Shown: positions 1 to 10,893, counted from the first letter of the stretch. The stretch: 64,000 nucleotides of DNA from Sedimentisphaerales bacterium (GCA_963663805.2 CAXXMR010000015.1:64001-128000), one strand, 5' to 3'. A program made the numbers and translations. The notes: generated by a model not told the origin, from the sequence alone.

Positions 1-31
1 CGGTCTGAACGTCACAACTTTCGGCCAATAT

Positions 32-1375
32 ATGCTTGAAGGCGGAGACATTGTCGGAGATTTCGTAGAGCATTGTAAAAAGGTCAACATGCCGGCTTTT
101 ATTTCCTTCCGACTAAATGACTGGCATCAGAAAAATTATGTCGATCTCAGTAAAGAACAATTAAAAGAATACAATATTCAAGCATTCTCCTCTATGGAGA
201 CCTGTAAATTCTATGATGAACACCCAGAGTACAGACTAAACAGCATTTTCGCACTGCCACCTATGGACGATATTCCCCTTAATGAGTATCTCGAAACCTA
301 CAGGAATAAAATCAAATCAAACAATATTCATGATTGGAGCATCCCAGAGGTCCGCAACTACAAGTTCGACTTTATCCAGGAGATTTGTAATAATTACGAT
401 ATTGACGGCCTGGAACTCGATTTCATGCGACATAAATGGTATTTCAAGCCCAGCCTTCCATTTGAAGAACGCAAAAAAATCATGAGTAATTTCGTCATGA
501 AAATCAGAGCCCTGTTAGACAAAACAGCTAGAAATGGCAAATACCGCTGGCTCTGCGCCAGGATACCAACAAGGTTAAAAGATATGAAATCGATGGGCCT
601 CGACCCCCAAACCTTATATCAAACAGGCGTGGACATGTTCAATCTCAGTTATAGCTACGAAACCGAGCAACAAAATGATTTAGCCAAAATACATAAACTG
701 ATTCCCCAGGCCGCCCTCTATCTGGAAATAACTCATGTAATTGCCAGATATGAACCCGACGGCAAATCTGCAAAAAACCATAAGAGCTTATCTCTGCAAC
801 ATGTAATGACCAAGCCCGAACAATATTTCACCTCTGCCCATCTTGCCTACGGTAGAGGAGCAAGAGGTGTCAGCTTGTTTAATTTTGCCTATTACAGAGA
901 ATATGCCGAAAGACAGGGAACAGTTTGTGAACCTTTTTTTGAAATATTCAAAACTGTCTCCACTCCTAGCCTCCTGGCAAACCAGCCCCAACATTATTTT
1001 ATCGCAGACTTTGACCACGACTCAAAAAAATTTACAGATATAAAAATTCAAAACGGCCTGAACGAAACTTTCACACTGGATATGGCTCTACCCAATGGCG
1101 GATTAAAGCATGATGCCAAATTGCGAATACAAGTTGAACCATCATGGGAAAATATTCCCTGCACAATCACTTTTAATAATGTCGTATTGAAAAATACGGA
1201 TAAAATTGAAGAGCCCTACGAAACTATTCTAAAAGACGGACTGGGTAATAAAAACTCGTTAGCGGCTTGGATTGTGCCAAAAGAAACGATTGTTAACGGT
1301 ATTAATTATATAAATATTATCATCCCTAAAGGCTGCGACTCAAAACTAATATTACTCGATATAGCTGTTCAATAG
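32..1375 (+). CDS. Glycoside hydrolase-like TIM-barrel protein (GHL10/DUF187-like), probably 5'-truncated by the window edge
   Basis: Motifs SFRLNDWH, PEVRNYKFDFIQEICNNYDIDGLELDFMR and GARGVSLFNF. Confidence 0.6.
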   Translation: MLEGGDIVGDFVEHCKKVNMPAFISFRLNDWHQKNYVDLSKEQLKEYNIQAFSSMETCKFYDEHPEYRLNSIFALPPMDDIPLNEYLETYRNKIKSNNIHDWSIPEVRNYKFDFIQEICNNYDIDGLELDFMRHKWYFKPSLPFEERKKIMSNFVMKIRALLDKTARNGKYRWLCARIPTRLKDMKSMGLDPQTLYQTGVDMFNLSYSYETEQQNDLAKIHKLIPQAALYLEITHVIARYEPDGKSAKNHKSLSLQHVMTKPEQYFTSAHLAYGRGARGVSLFNFAYYREYAERQGTVCEPFFEIFKTVSTPSLLANQPQHYFIADFDHDSKKFTDIKIQNGLNETFTLDMALPNGGLKHDAKLRIQVEPSWENIPCTITFNNVVLKNTDKIEEPYETILKDGLGNKNSLAAWIVPKETIVNGINYINIIIPKGCDSKLILLDIAVQ

Positions 1376-1392
1376 CTTAAGCAGCGTAACCT

Positions 1393-1465
1393 TGTACTTG
1401 TCAAGCAAGCGAGATACCGCTTTTGAGCGGTTGAAAATTGAAAATTTTGCTCTTTGAAAAGTTTA
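1393..1465. repeat. Terminus of an rve-integrase element (TGTACTTGTCAAGC...), split from its continuation at 4085 by the IS4 insertion
   Basis: Homologous to 29349-29443 and, inverted, to 55810-55910, 61520-61590 and 59830-59850. Confidence 0.7.
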
Positions 1466-1596
1466 CATAATCATCCCATAAGTTTGGGGACTGGGTGTTT
1501 AGGGTTGTTTTTGATTGCAAAAACAGCCCATTGCGGGGTTTTGACTCCAGAGGGAGTTTGTGAATTTCATTGTTTTCAGCGATATCGCTCAATGAT

Positions 1597-2720
1597 TATT
1601 ACTCCGGCAATTAAACATATGAATCAACTCGCTTTTGCGTATTGCACTTTTTCGTGATTAAAAAACTTTTTTACCTTCTTAGGCTTTCGTTGCAGGCTCC
1701 GCATATAAGAACTCAGATTATCCTGCAATTGTTCTTGTGACCTTGGCGCGGGCTTCTTCTTGAGTTGTTGTTTGATGTCCTGGTTGACATATTCATCGGG
1801 GTTATGTTCCGGGCTGTAAGGCGGCAGAAAGAACAGCTCGATTTTCTTTTTATGTTTAGTTGCCCACCGTTGAACCTTCTTGGCATGGTGAACTCTAAGA
1901 TTATCGACAATCAAAAATACTTTTCGTTTAGCATCCTTAATGAGTCGTCGCAAAAATGTCAAAAATATATCCACCTTCAAGCCGCCTTCATAAATCATAA
2001 AACGCAATTGCCCTTTATTTGTCAGCGATGAAATCATACTTACCGAAAAACGCTGGGCTGGGCCGTAAACCGTCGGGGTTTGGCCTTTAGGAGCATAGCC
2101 CCGACCACGAGCGTCAGCACTGTTAAGCCCGGTTTCATCAGCCCATTGAATCTCAGCATCTTCCTTTTTAGCACGCTTTTCGATCTCTGGATAGGTCTCG
2201 CCCAGCCATTGCTGGACCTTTTCGGGCTGTTGCTCATAAGCTTTGCGAATCGGTTTTTGAGGTGTAAAACCCCAACGCTTAAGATATTCGCCAGCAGTGC
2301 GGATCGGCAACTTAATCGAAAATTTCTGTTCGATTAAATCCATTACCGCCTGACGATTCCACAAAGCAAATTTCAGTTTTAACTGTTCGGGATATTTGTC
2401 CCGAATCAAAACCTGAATCTCCTTTTCCTGCTCTAAAGTCAAAGTTCTGTTTTCGCCTTTTCTGCGACCTCGTTGGCCGGGCTTTAAGCCAGCCATTCCC
2501 TCAGACAAATATCGCTGCCACCATCGATTGACAGTTTGGTAAGCAATCTCAAGGATCGCCGCAACTTCCCTTTGCTTTTTGCCGGCTTTGAGCAACTTTA
2601 TGCAGGTTCGCCTCAGTTCATACTGAGCTTGCTGGTTAAGTTTTCGGGCATCTCGTTTTTCCATTACAAAAGTATAGCAGAAAATTAATAATGTTCATCT
2701 ATTTTATTGCCGGATTAATA
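1597..2720 (-). mobile_element. IS630-family element
   Basis: IRs TATTACTCCGGCAATTAAA and TTTTATTGCCGGATTAATA, with TA at both ends. Confidence 0.9.
1624..2664 (-). CDS. IS630-family transposase
   Basis: N-terminal HTHs. DDE motifs WADETG, IVDNLRVH and LPPYSPEHNPDE. Confidence 0.95.
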   Translation of the reverse strand: MEKRDARKLNQQAQYELRRTCIKLLKAGKKQREVAAILEIAYQTVNRWWQRYLSEGMAGLKPGQRGRRKGENRTLTLEQEKEIQVLIRDKYPEQLKLKFALWNRQAVMDLIEQKFSIKLPIRTAGEYLKRWGFTPQKPIRKAYEQQPEKVQQWLGETYPEIEKRAKKEDAEIQWADETGLNSADARGRGYAPKGQTPTVYGPAQRFSVSMISSLTNKGQLRFMIYEGGLKVDIFLTFLRRLIKDAKRKVFLIVDNLRVHHAKKVQRWATKHKKKIELFFLPPYSPEHNPDEYVNQDIKQQLKKKPAPRSQEQLQDNLSSYMRSLQRKPKKVKKFFNHEKVQYAKAS

Positions 2721-2764
2721 GCTGGAATCGCTGTTTTTAAACGGTTAGCATTGAGTCACAAATC

Positions 2765-3991
2765 TTATTTTAGATCAAAACCTGGTAAATATGCTTGTTG
2801 AGGGTTGGCGACCATGCGGGGTGAGCCACGTGCTGTCCCACAGAAAATCATGACACTGAAAATATTCAGGCGGCTAAATAATACGCCGCGTAACAAAGTG
2901 AATAAGCGTTTGAAGCTGCCTTGCCATTTTCCCAGAAATCCCACAAACCGCAATAAAACATAGGCTAGCAGTGCTATCCACACTTGCCACAGGATCGCGT
3001 TTTGGCTATGGCCCAGAAAATCTGACAGTTGTAATGTTTGTTTGATTTGTTTGAAAAACACTTCGACACCCCAACGACATTGATATAAATCACAGATACT
3101 TGAGGGTGCCCAGGTTTTATTGTTGGTGATAAACGTCATCGTTTTTTCTTTGCCATTGATTTCAATAATCGCCGTCACGAGTCGCAAAGGTTGCGGATAT
3201 GCTTCGTAGCTTTTGGGCGTTTGCAATTCAATTAAATCATCGTTGGCAATTTTACCTTTGGGTTTTGTGTGTTGTTTAACAATTCGGTAAGCCATATTTT
3301 CTTTGGCCCGCGTAACCCAAAAAACGTCGCGTTTATCCAGTTTTGCCAAATGCTTAAAATCGACGTAGGCCTTGTCAAACACCGCTATTTCGCCACTTTT
3401 AAGATTTTTACATAAGCTATACGCTTCGGTGGAATCATGCGTCGATGCGTTTTTTACAATCGCAAACTGCGGCAGAAACGTTTGCAGATTTAATTGCATG
3501 TGGCACTTCGCCGCCGCTTTACGCCTGCGATGTTTGGCCCAATCCATGCAGTTTGCGACCAGCTGAATTGTAGTCGAGTCAATCGCATAAATAGTTCGTT
3601 TGAACCTTCGGGGCAGAGCCGAATATTTTGCTTCATATCCAAACGCTGGATGCTGATTTTGGATATGGGACAGCACCTGCCAGAAAAGCTCTTGAGCCAT
3701 CGCGGGGTCACGAACACGGTTAGCATGCGATAAACCATTCTTGCTCGGCGGGGTTGCGTTGCGAATCGTTGTCAAAACTCCTGCGTGATTTCTCAGCGTA
3801 TCTGCCACATCGTTGAGCGATAAACTGTGAGCAATTTGAACATGCAGCATCGACACCACATGCGACCAGGGCGAAAAAGACCGGGATTTTTTGTCCGCCC
3901 CAAACGCTCGAGCTAGTTTTGCTACCATATGAGCAGGAATGTGCTGGCAAATTTGCTGAAGAATGGTATATTTGTGCTTAGCTGGGCTCAT
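2765..3991 (-). CDS. IS4-family transposase (DUF4372 + DDE_Tnp_1)
   Basis: Motifs AIDSTTI, VFDKAY and LYQCRWGVEVFFKQIKQ (YREK signature). Confidence 0.92.
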   Translation of the reverse strand: MSPAKHKYTILQQICQHIPAHMVAKLARAFGADKKSRSFSPWSHVVSMLHVQIAHSLSLNDVADTLRNHAGVLTTIRNATPPSKNGLSHANRVRDPAMAQELFWQVLSHIQNQHPAFGYEAKYSALPRRFKRTIYAIDSTTIQLVANCMDWAKHRRRKAAAKCHMQLNLQTFLPQFAIVKNASTHDSTEAYSLCKNLKSGEIAVFDKAYVDFKHLAKLDKRDVFWVTRAKENMAYRIVKQHTKPKGKIANDDLIELQTPKSYEAYPQPLRLVTAIIEINGKEKTMTFITNNKTWAPSSICDLYQCRWGVEVFFKQIKQTLQLSDFLGHSQNAILWQVWIALLAYVLLRFVGFLGKWQGSFKRLFTLLRGVLFSRLNIFSVMIFCGTARGSPRMVANPQQAYLPGFDLK

Positions 3992-4090
3992 GAGTTACTC
4001 CTGTTTTTTGGTAACTACAGTGTAACTCATACCCGGCTATATTCAAATGTTCGATTTAGGAGCGTTCCGTATGGGATGGCAGTGAAAAGT

Positions 4091-4816
4091 TTATATGAGT
4101 TCAGATTCAGAGTTGTCGAAGAACACTGACGTGTTGTCAATTGACCAGACATGGTTGGGATACCAAGCAGGAATAGAACGAACTTTCACTTGTTCTTTAA
4201 TTTTCTGTTTACTCGGAGGATTTTTCGGTTTTCTAGGCTGAGGACGATTGAGGATATTTCTGACGGTGGATGCTGAAATAAAAACTTTCAGCAAGGCCAG
4301 TTGGCTGGCTATCCTCATTCTGCCCCAGTTGGTATTATTCTTAGCAATCTCCCAGGCTAATGCGGCGATCTCGGCAGGCGTTTTGTTAGCGGGAGTCCTA
4401 TGTTTGACTTGGGTTTCAATATTGCGCATCCAGCGATAGTAAGTTGATTTGGCGATGCCGACATACTCAGAGAGCTTGTTCCTGGGAATCTGAAAAGTTT
4501 CGACGTAATTCAGGATGAACAATTTCTCGTCAAGCGTATAGCGTTTGTTGGTGTCTTTTTTCTTCAAGCCTTTCTGTAATATGCTGATTTGAATGGCCTG
4601 CTGGTAAACTTTGTCACGAAGAAAGAATATTTCCTTATCCTTTTCGTCAATATCCATTTGGGCTACTCGCTTCAGTTGGCGTTTTCTGGCTCGGCCTGAA
4701 AACTGAGCGGCTAAAACTACGGCCTTGATGAGATAGGAAATAACAGTGCTGAGAGTCTCGATGTTGTGATACATGCTTTCCACTTTGGCTGTTTGATATT
4801 GATCGCTTTTAAACAC
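4091..4816 (-). pseudogene. Truncated HTH + rve integrase/transposase, copy 1
   Basis: HTH GIAKSTYYRW and NWGRMRI...SASTVRNIL. The ORF ends just after the first catalytic motif VWSID. Identical to 29419-30144. Confidence 0.75.
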
Positions 4817-4920
4817 CTATATAAATATATTATATGTTTCAACAGCAAAATAGCAAGCCCCCCTACCACCCTGACAGATCAAGCAATGGATAGCTTGCGA
4901 CAGGTCGGTTAGAATCCCAT

Positions 4921-5227
4921 TGCAAATCACCAACCCGCCAGTTAGCATACTTAGCAAATATAGAGACATATTTTGGCAGGAAGCGTCGCTTGGGGCGTAT
5001 GACCTCCAGAAAACCAAGGTAAAGAGCTTAATTTTTGATATGCCCAAACGGTTGCTTGAAAAACGAGAGAAAACAACACAAAAATGCGAGTGTGACATAA
5101 GATATTTATTTATAAGGCTTTATAGAACGTAGAGCGCAGGCTTTTTTCGCATCATTCGGGGTCCCGACTTGGACACCAGAGCGTTAATCATTTTAGCAAT
5201 TCCGAAATTCGTATGTTTCGGGGAGCT
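4921..5227. repeat. ~300-bp non-coding segment also present at 43825-44131
   Basis: Long shared blocks, e.g. GGGGTCCCGACTTGGACACCAGAGCGTTAATCATTTTAGCAATTCCGAAATTCGTATGTTTCGGGGAGCT. Confidence 0.85.
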
Positions 5228-5228
5228 G

Positions 5229-5263
5229 AAAGCCTCTCACACCCCCTGTGAGAGGCTTTTTTT
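5229..5263 (+). terminator. Intrinsic terminator-like hairpin
   Basis: AAAGCCTCTCACA-CCCCC-TGTGAGAGGCTTT followed by a T run. Confidence 0.7.
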
Positions 5264-5553
5264 ATGCGCGTCAAATCGCGCGGAATCCGCGATATTTGTA
5301 CCAGGAAACCCGTTCGGTTTGACGAGGTTTTGGGACGGGGGTACTAAAGGTGTTAACTGGGATTAGACCCCAAAACGTCTATTTTCTCAAAACTCTGAGA
5401 CTCTGACGCCCTTGGGGCTCTTTCAGTTAACACCCTAAAAAGTTTTGGGGTAGATAAAAAAAGTCTCGAACTCGGCCTGATGAAACCACCCCCCCAATTA
5501 TATTTTTTTCAATTTTCTGCGCGACAAAATCGGCCCAGCTGCAGATATAGAAG

Positions 5554-5778
5554 GTGCAGGCAGTTAGTATTTTTCCTCAAAACAGGAGGCCGAACTTGTT
5601 CAAGTCGAAGTCTTATCCGGAACTTACCCCCCGCCAGCGTCGGCGGCAAATTATCGAGATTATTTCCGCATCCCTGGCCACCCCGCCCAAGCCGGAAAAT
5701 ACCCCAGAGGAGGCAGAGCAGCATTCTGCAAAATCCGGCAAAAATACTCCAGATTTATCTCAGAAAGCCCTTGAGTAA
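5554..5778 (+). CDS. Small hypothetical protein preceding DUF2924
   Basis: PELTPRQRRRQIIEII resembles PGEMTPSQRSREIAVIL at the same position in the second module. Confidence 0.45.
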   Translation: MQAVSIFPQNRRPNLFKSKSYPELTPRQRRRQIIEIISASLATPPKPENTPEEAEQHSAKSGKNTPDLSQKALE

Positions 5779-5853
5779 CTCGGGTAAATCGGGCTTAAGT
5801 GTGTCTGTGTTAACTGAGAAATATGGCCCTAAACCCGGCTTGGAGTATGCGCA

Positions 5854-6360
5854 ATGAAGATGACTACAAAACAGAAAATCGCGGAAATTCAGCGGATGAC
5901 GGCGGGTGAAATGCGGCGGGAATACATCGAGGTATTCGGAGAAGAAACTCGCTCCGGCAATCGCCAATGGATGTATCGACGACTCGCCTGGCGGCTGCAG
6001 GCTCTTGATGAAGGTGGTATTACTAACCGGGCCCGGAAGCGGGCTCGGGAACTGGTGCGGGATCAGGATATTCGTGTTATCCCGCCGGCGGAGATGAAAC
6101 TGGAGCCGCCACGTAAATCAACTGATAAGACACTTGATGCCCCGGATTTCATTATTAACAACCGTGACCCCCGACTGCCTATCCCCGGCCAGGTAATCCC
6201 TCGCAAATATAAAGGCACCATGCACCAGGTTACCGTCTTGGCTAATGGCTTCGAATATGAAGGTAAGGTCTACCGTAGCCTGTCGGCGGTGGCCCGTTTA
6301 ATTACCGGCAGTAACTGGAATGGATACCATTTCTTTAAACTTCCCAGCCCCAGAAAGTAG
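5854..6360 (+). CDS. DUF2924 domain protein
   Basis: Motifs RRLAWRLQ and GFEYEGKVYRSLSAVARLITGSNWNG; lies directly upstream of a serine recombinase. Confidence 0.85.
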   Translation: MKMTTKQKIAEIQRMTAGEMRREYIEVFGEETRSGNRQWMYRRLAWRLQALDEGGITNRARKRARELVRDQDIRVIPPAEMKLEPPRKSTDKTLDAPDFIINNRDPRLPIPGQVIPRKYKGTMHQVTVLANGFEYEGKVYRSLSAVARLITGSNWNGYHFFKLPSPRK

Positions 6361-6365
6361 AGTGA

Positions 6366-7910
6366 ATGATACGAGCCACAAAAGAAGTAGTTCGGTGTGC
6401 AATTTATACCCGCAAGAGTACCGAAGATGGGTTAGAACAGGATTTCAACTCCCTGGACGCCCAGCGAGAAGCTGCCCTGTCATATATCAACAGCCAGAAA
6501 CATGCTGGCTGGCAATGCTTTGGCGATAGTTATGATGACGGTGGTTTCACCGGCGGTAATATTGATCGGCCCGCCTTCCAACGTATGATGCAGGATGTTG
6601 AGGATGGTTTGATTGACTGCATTATTGTCTATAAAATTGATCGGTTGAGCCGCAGTCTTCTGGATTTCGTTAAAATCATGGAGGTGCTCGATGCGAATAA
6701 TGTCTCGTTGGTATCGGTGACTCAGCAGTTTAATACTACCTCCTCCATGGGGAGGTTGACGTTGAATATTCTCCTGTCTTTCGCCCAGTTTGAACGAGAA
6801 ATCATCTCAGAACGTACTCGTGATAAGATTGCCGCTGCCCGTCGCAAAGGCAAATGGGCCGGCGGCCACCGGGTACTGGGCTATGATCTCAAAGAGAGAA
6901 TCGGCAGTAAATATCTGGCCGTCAATTCGCGAGAGGCCGATCAGGTAAAACAAATATTTGAGATTTACGTCCACACCGGCTCCATTATGGATACCTTGCG
7001 GTCATTGCGGGAGAAAGGTATTACCACCAAAAAATACCATACGAAGAAGGGCAAGCTGCGAGGAGGTGCGAATTTCGACACGGGCACCCTGCGCACCCTG
7101 CTGACGAACGTAACTTACCTGGGTAAGGTCAAGTATAAAGATCAGGTATATGAAGGCGAACACGAAGCGATAATCGATGAGGATACCTTCGGGCTAACGC
7201 AGGGACTGCTCAAACAGAATCGCAGTTCCGGTGCCCGGTATAGAAGCCAGAAAAACCCGGCTTTGCTGAACGGCTTGCTACGCTGTCAGCACTGCGGCTG
7301 TGCCATGACGCATCATTACTCCAGTAAGCCGAATAAACGATATCGCTATTATGTCTGCCTGAAGGCCCAGAAACAGGGCTGGAACACCTGCCCCGGGCCT
7401 TCATTACCGGCACCGGAACTGGAGCGATTTGTGGTGGATCAGATTAGGGGTATTGGTCAGGACACTGGGGTATTGCGGGACTGCGTCCAGAGTGCCCTGG
7501 CGAAAATGCTGGGCGAGATTGAATCCCTTAAAAAAGAGCGCAACAAGAAAGAAAGACGCATCCGGCAGTTGAGTAAACAGACGGGCAAAGCCGCCAGTCG
7601 GGCCAGGCAAGATGAGGCGGTGGCCCAGGAGATGCAATTATATGAACAGCAGATGAAGCAGCTTCAGGCCGAGGTGGCGAGAATCAATACCCAAATAGCG
7701 GCCCTGGAAAAGCAGATGCTCAATTCCGATGAGCTGATGGGTTCCATAGAGACATTTGATCCGATGTGGAACGCGCTGGGGCCGCAGGAAAAGGCCAAAC
7801 TTATGAATTTGCTGGTAAAACAGATTTCCTGGGATAGCAGTCAGGATAAAATTCATATAACATTTCATCAGGCTAATATTGAAGCCCTCACCCAGGCAGG
7901 AGTGAATTAA
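6366..7910 (+). CDS. Large serine recombinase
   Basis: Catalytic AIYTRKS, YKIDRLSRS and FAQFERE motifs, zinc ribbon CQHC...YYVC...C, coiled coil. Confidence 0.95.
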   Translation: MIRATKEVVRCAIYTRKSTEDGLEQDFNSLDAQREAALSYINSQKHAGWQCFGDSYDDGGFTGGNIDRPAFQRMMQDVEDGLIDCIIVYKIDRLSRSLLDFVKIMEVLDANNVSLVSVTQQFNTTSSMGRLTLNILLSFAQFEREIISERTRDKIAAARRKGKWAGGHRVLGYDLKERIGSKYLAVNSREADQVKQIFEIYVHTGSIMDTLRSLREKGITTKKYHTKKGKLRGGANFDTGTLRTLLTNVTYLGKVKYKDQVYEGEHEAIIDEDTFGLTQGLLKQNRSSGARYRSQKNPALLNGLLRCQHCGCAMTHHYSSKPNKRYRYYVCLKAQKQGWNTCPGPSLPAPELERFVVDQIRGIGQDTGVLRDCVQSALAKMLGEIESLKKERNKKERRIRQLSKQTGKAASRARQDEAVAQEMQLYEQQMKQLQAEVARINTQIAALEKQMLNSDELMGSIETFDPMWNALGPQEKAKLMNLLVKQISWDSSQDKIHITFHQANIEALTQAGVN

Positions 7911-8330
7911 ATGGCAGAGGTAACCAAGACATTTGAGGTACATTTCCCCACCGGCCAGCGCGGGCGTAAACGTATCAAACGCGGCCCAACCCCCGTTGTG
8001 GATACGCCCAGTGGCCGTGTGCCGCGACTTTCGCGCTTGATGGCCCTGGCCTACCATTTCGAGAATCTGATCGAACAGGGCGGAGTTTATAGCCAGACAG
8101 ATCTGGCCCAACTGGGCCATGTCAGTCGGGCCCGGGTAACCCAGATTATGAACATGCTGCACCTGGCACCTGATATTCAGGCAGAGATTCTGTTCCTGCC
8201 CCCTATCACTCAGGGGCGGGAGCCAATCCCGGAAACTAAGATTCGGCCTATTATCCGGGAAGTGTGCTGGGAGAGGCAGCGGGAGATGTGGCGGAATCTC
8301 CACCAAAGCATAAATATAAAAGCATTTTGA
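7911..8330 (+). CDS. Small HTH protein coupled to the serine recombinase
   Basis: LAQLGHVSRARVTQIMNMLHLAPDIQ; paralog at 46960-47382. Confidence 0.8.
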   Translation: MAEVTKTFEVHFPTGQRGRKRIKRGPTPVVDTPSGRVPRLSRLMALAYHFENLIEQGGVYSQTDLAQLGHVSRARVTQIMNMLHLAPDIQAEILFLPPITQGREPIPETKIRPIIREVCWERQREMWRNLHQSINIKAF

Positions 8331-8543
8331 GTTTGATCATGTTTGTCCTGTTTGGCATAAAGTGATGTCTATAAGTGTTCGGGCACATGAAAAACCGTAT
8401 ATTACGGGATTTCGAGAAAAATTAGGGCATGGCATTGAATTTTCTTGACTTTGCGGTATCAAATCATGTAAAAGTATAGGTGTCTTAAGGATTTTTATCG
8501 CGATTTTCTTTCAACCGCGCATCCGGAAAATATCAGTTAATAT

Positions 8544-9269
8544 TGGTGATTAGCATTGAAAATGGAGCCAGATTTGCGGGTTTTCTCTTCTGAAAAAGCA
8601 TCGAAAAAGGAGCCACTGTAAAAGGCCGATAAGATGTGTTTAAGATACGTAACATTTTAGACACAGGAGGCTTAGAAAGGTGCTTACAGTGGAGCATTAT
8701 GAGATTATCAGACGTAAAGTTCGTGATGGGATATCGCAACGTGAGGTTGCCCTGGAGCTGGGGCATTCGCGTAACACGGTGGCCAAGGCCCTGAAAAATC
8801 CGATTCCGCCGGGCTATCGGCTCAGTCAGCCGCGGGTCAAGGCTGTCATGGATCCCTTCGCGCACATTATTGACACCTGGCTGGAATCTGACAAAAAGGT
8901 TCGGCGTAAGCAGCGGATGCAGGCGACCAAAATGTATCAGCGGCTTTGTGACGAGTATGGTTTCACCGGCCATTACAGCACTGTCCAGCGGTATATCAAG
9001 GAGGCGAGTAATCGCCAAAAAGAAGCTTACCTGCCGTTAGCGTTTGAGTTTGGCGAAGAAGCCCAGGTTGACTGGCATGAAGCTAACATTAAAGAAAACG
9101 GCAGGGAGAAGAAGGTCTACGTTTTTTGCATGAAGCTGTGCTGTTCTAAGGCTCCTTTTGTTTGTGCTTACGAGAGCATGAAGATCGAATGTTTTCTTGA
9201 CGGCCATGTCCGGGCGTTTGAATATTTCGGCGGCGTGCCCAAACGCATTGCTTACGACAATTTAAAAAC
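8544..9269 (+). pseudogene. Truncated left part of an IS21 element (IRL + 5' istA)
   Basis: Near-identical to 9270-9995 (one SNP seen); ends where the second IRL begins. Confidence 0.9.
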
Positions 9270-9405
9270 TGGTGATTAGCATTGAAAATGGAGCCAGATT
9301 TGCGGGTTTTCTCTTCTGAAAAAGCATCGAAAAAGGAGCCACTGTAAAAGGCCGATAAGATGTGTTTAAGATACGTAACATTTTAGACACAGGAGGCTTA
9401 GAAAG

Positions 9406-10893
9406 GTGCTTACAGTGGAGCATTATGAGATTATCAGACGTAAAGTTCGTGATGGGATATCGCAACGTGAGGTTGCCCTGGAGCTGGGGCATTCGCGTAA
9501 CACGGTGGCCAAGGCCCTGAAAAATCCGATTCCGCCGGGCTATCGGCTCAGTCAGCCGCGGGTCAAGGCTGTCATGGATCCCTTCGCGCACATTATTGAC
9601 ACCTGGCTGGAATCTGACAAAAAGGTTCGGCGTAAGCAGCGGATGCAGGCGACCAAAATGTATCAGCGGCTTTGTGACGAGTATGGTTTCACCGGCCATT
9701 ACAGCACTGTCCAGCGGTATATCAAGGAGGCGAGTAATCGCCAAAAAGAAGCTTACCTGCCGTTAGCGTTTGAGTTTGGCGAAGAAGCCCAAGTTGACTG
9801 GCATGAAGCTAACATTAAAGAAAACGGCAGGGAGAAGAAGGTCTACGTTTTTTGCATGAAGCTGTGCTGTTCTAAGGCTCCTTTTGTTTGTGCTTACGAG
9901 AGCATGAAGATCGAATGTTTTCTTGACGGCCATGTCCGGGCGTTTGAATATTTCGGCGGCGTGCCCAAACGCATTGCTTACGACAATTTAAAAACTGCGG
10001 TTCTAAAGGTTCTCAAAAAAGGCAAGCGTCGGCTCAACCGCAAATTCGTAGAGCTTAAGAGTTGGTATTTGTTTGACACTCGTTTTTGCAATGTCGCTAA
10101 AGGTAATGAAAAAGGCGATGTCGAGAATCTCGCCAAGCGAAGTGAAAGGCAGTTCTTCTCTCCGGTTCCGAGAGTTACCGATATGGCTCAGCTGAATGAG
10201 ATGCTGATTGCTCAGTGTATCAAAGAACTGGATCGCCAGGGCCCTGCACCTCATACGAATAAAACCATTGGCGATTTATTTGCAGAAGAGAAAACACATT
10301 TATACGAACTGCCTGAGCAGAAGTTTGAAGCCTGTCGTCGAATATCCACCTTTGCGGACAAACAGCTTACAGTACGGGTTGATACTAACCGGTATTCGGT
10401 GCCGACGGAGTATGCCTATCAATCTTGCCAGGTCAAGGTATTCGTTGACCGGGTTGACCTGTTCTATAAAAATGAGCTGGTTGCCTCGCATTCCAGATGT
10501 TACGATAAAGACCAGTATATCCTGGATCCGCTGCATTATATCAAACTTTTAGAGCGTAAGCCCGGTTCGCTGGATAATGCTCGGCCATTCAAGGGCCAGC
10601 CCTGGGGCGAAGATTTCACCTTGATGCGAACAGAGCTTGAATATCGATACGGCAGTGAAGGGACCGGTAAATACATCAACATCCTGCTGCTCTTTATCAG
10701 GCATCCGCAAAAAGAAGTTGAACATGCCGTTGGTGTTTGTGTCAAGTGCCGGGCGTTCAGCGATGAAGCGGTGGAAAGCTTTTTACGTAACGGCTCACAA
10801 TTGAACCTTGCCGGCAATCAAGTCCTGGTAAACCAAGGCGATGGCAAACGCAATCTCGATGTTTATAACCAGTTGGCCGGGGAGGTAGCATGA
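9406..10893 (+). CDS. istA: IS21 transposase IstA
   Basis: Motifs GEEAQVDW, FGGVPKRIAYDNLK, EKGDVE and VDTNRYSVP. Confidence 0.95.
   Translation: MLTVEHYEIIRRKVRDGISQREVALELGHSRNTVAKALKNPIPPGYRLSQPRVKAVMDPFAHIIDTWLESDKKVRRKQRMQATKMYQRLCDEYGFTGHYSTVQRYIKEASNRQKEAYLPLAFEFGEEAQVDWHEANIKENGREKKVYVFCMKLCCSKAPFVCAYESMKIECFLDGHVRAFEYFGGVPKRIAYDNLKTAVLKVLKKGKRRLNRKFVELKSWYLFDTRFCNVAKGNEKGDVENLAKRSERQFFSPVPRVTDMAQLNEMLIAQCIKELDRQGPAPHTNKTIGDLFAEEKTHLYELPEQKFEACRRISTFADKQLTVRVDTNRYSVPTEYAYQSCQVKVFVDRVDLFYKNELVASHSRCYDKDQYILDPLHYIKLLERKPGSLDNARPFKGQPWGEDFTLMRTELEYRYGSEGTGKYINILLLFIRHPQKEVEHAVGVCVKCRAFSDEAVESFLRNGSQLNLAGNQVLVNQGDGKRNLDVYNQLAGEVA

Larger units (their letters stand above)
1466..4084 (-). 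mobile_element. IS4-family element carrying a nested IS630
   Basis: Ends CATAATCATCCCATA and TATGGGATGGCAGTG are imperfect IRs. 9-bp TSD AAAAGTTTA at 1457-1465 and 4085-4093. The empty site is visible at 29413-29421. Confidence 0.9.

Noticed and set aside
5854..8330. Prophage
   Set aside because: No terminase, capsid, tail or lysis genes near either recombinase module.
8533..9744. Antisense 160/161-aa ORFs in IS21 and similar shadow ORFs (e.g. 33518-34405, 44659-45450, 57574-58308)
   Set aside because: They lie opposite well-supported genes and have no recognisable motifs.
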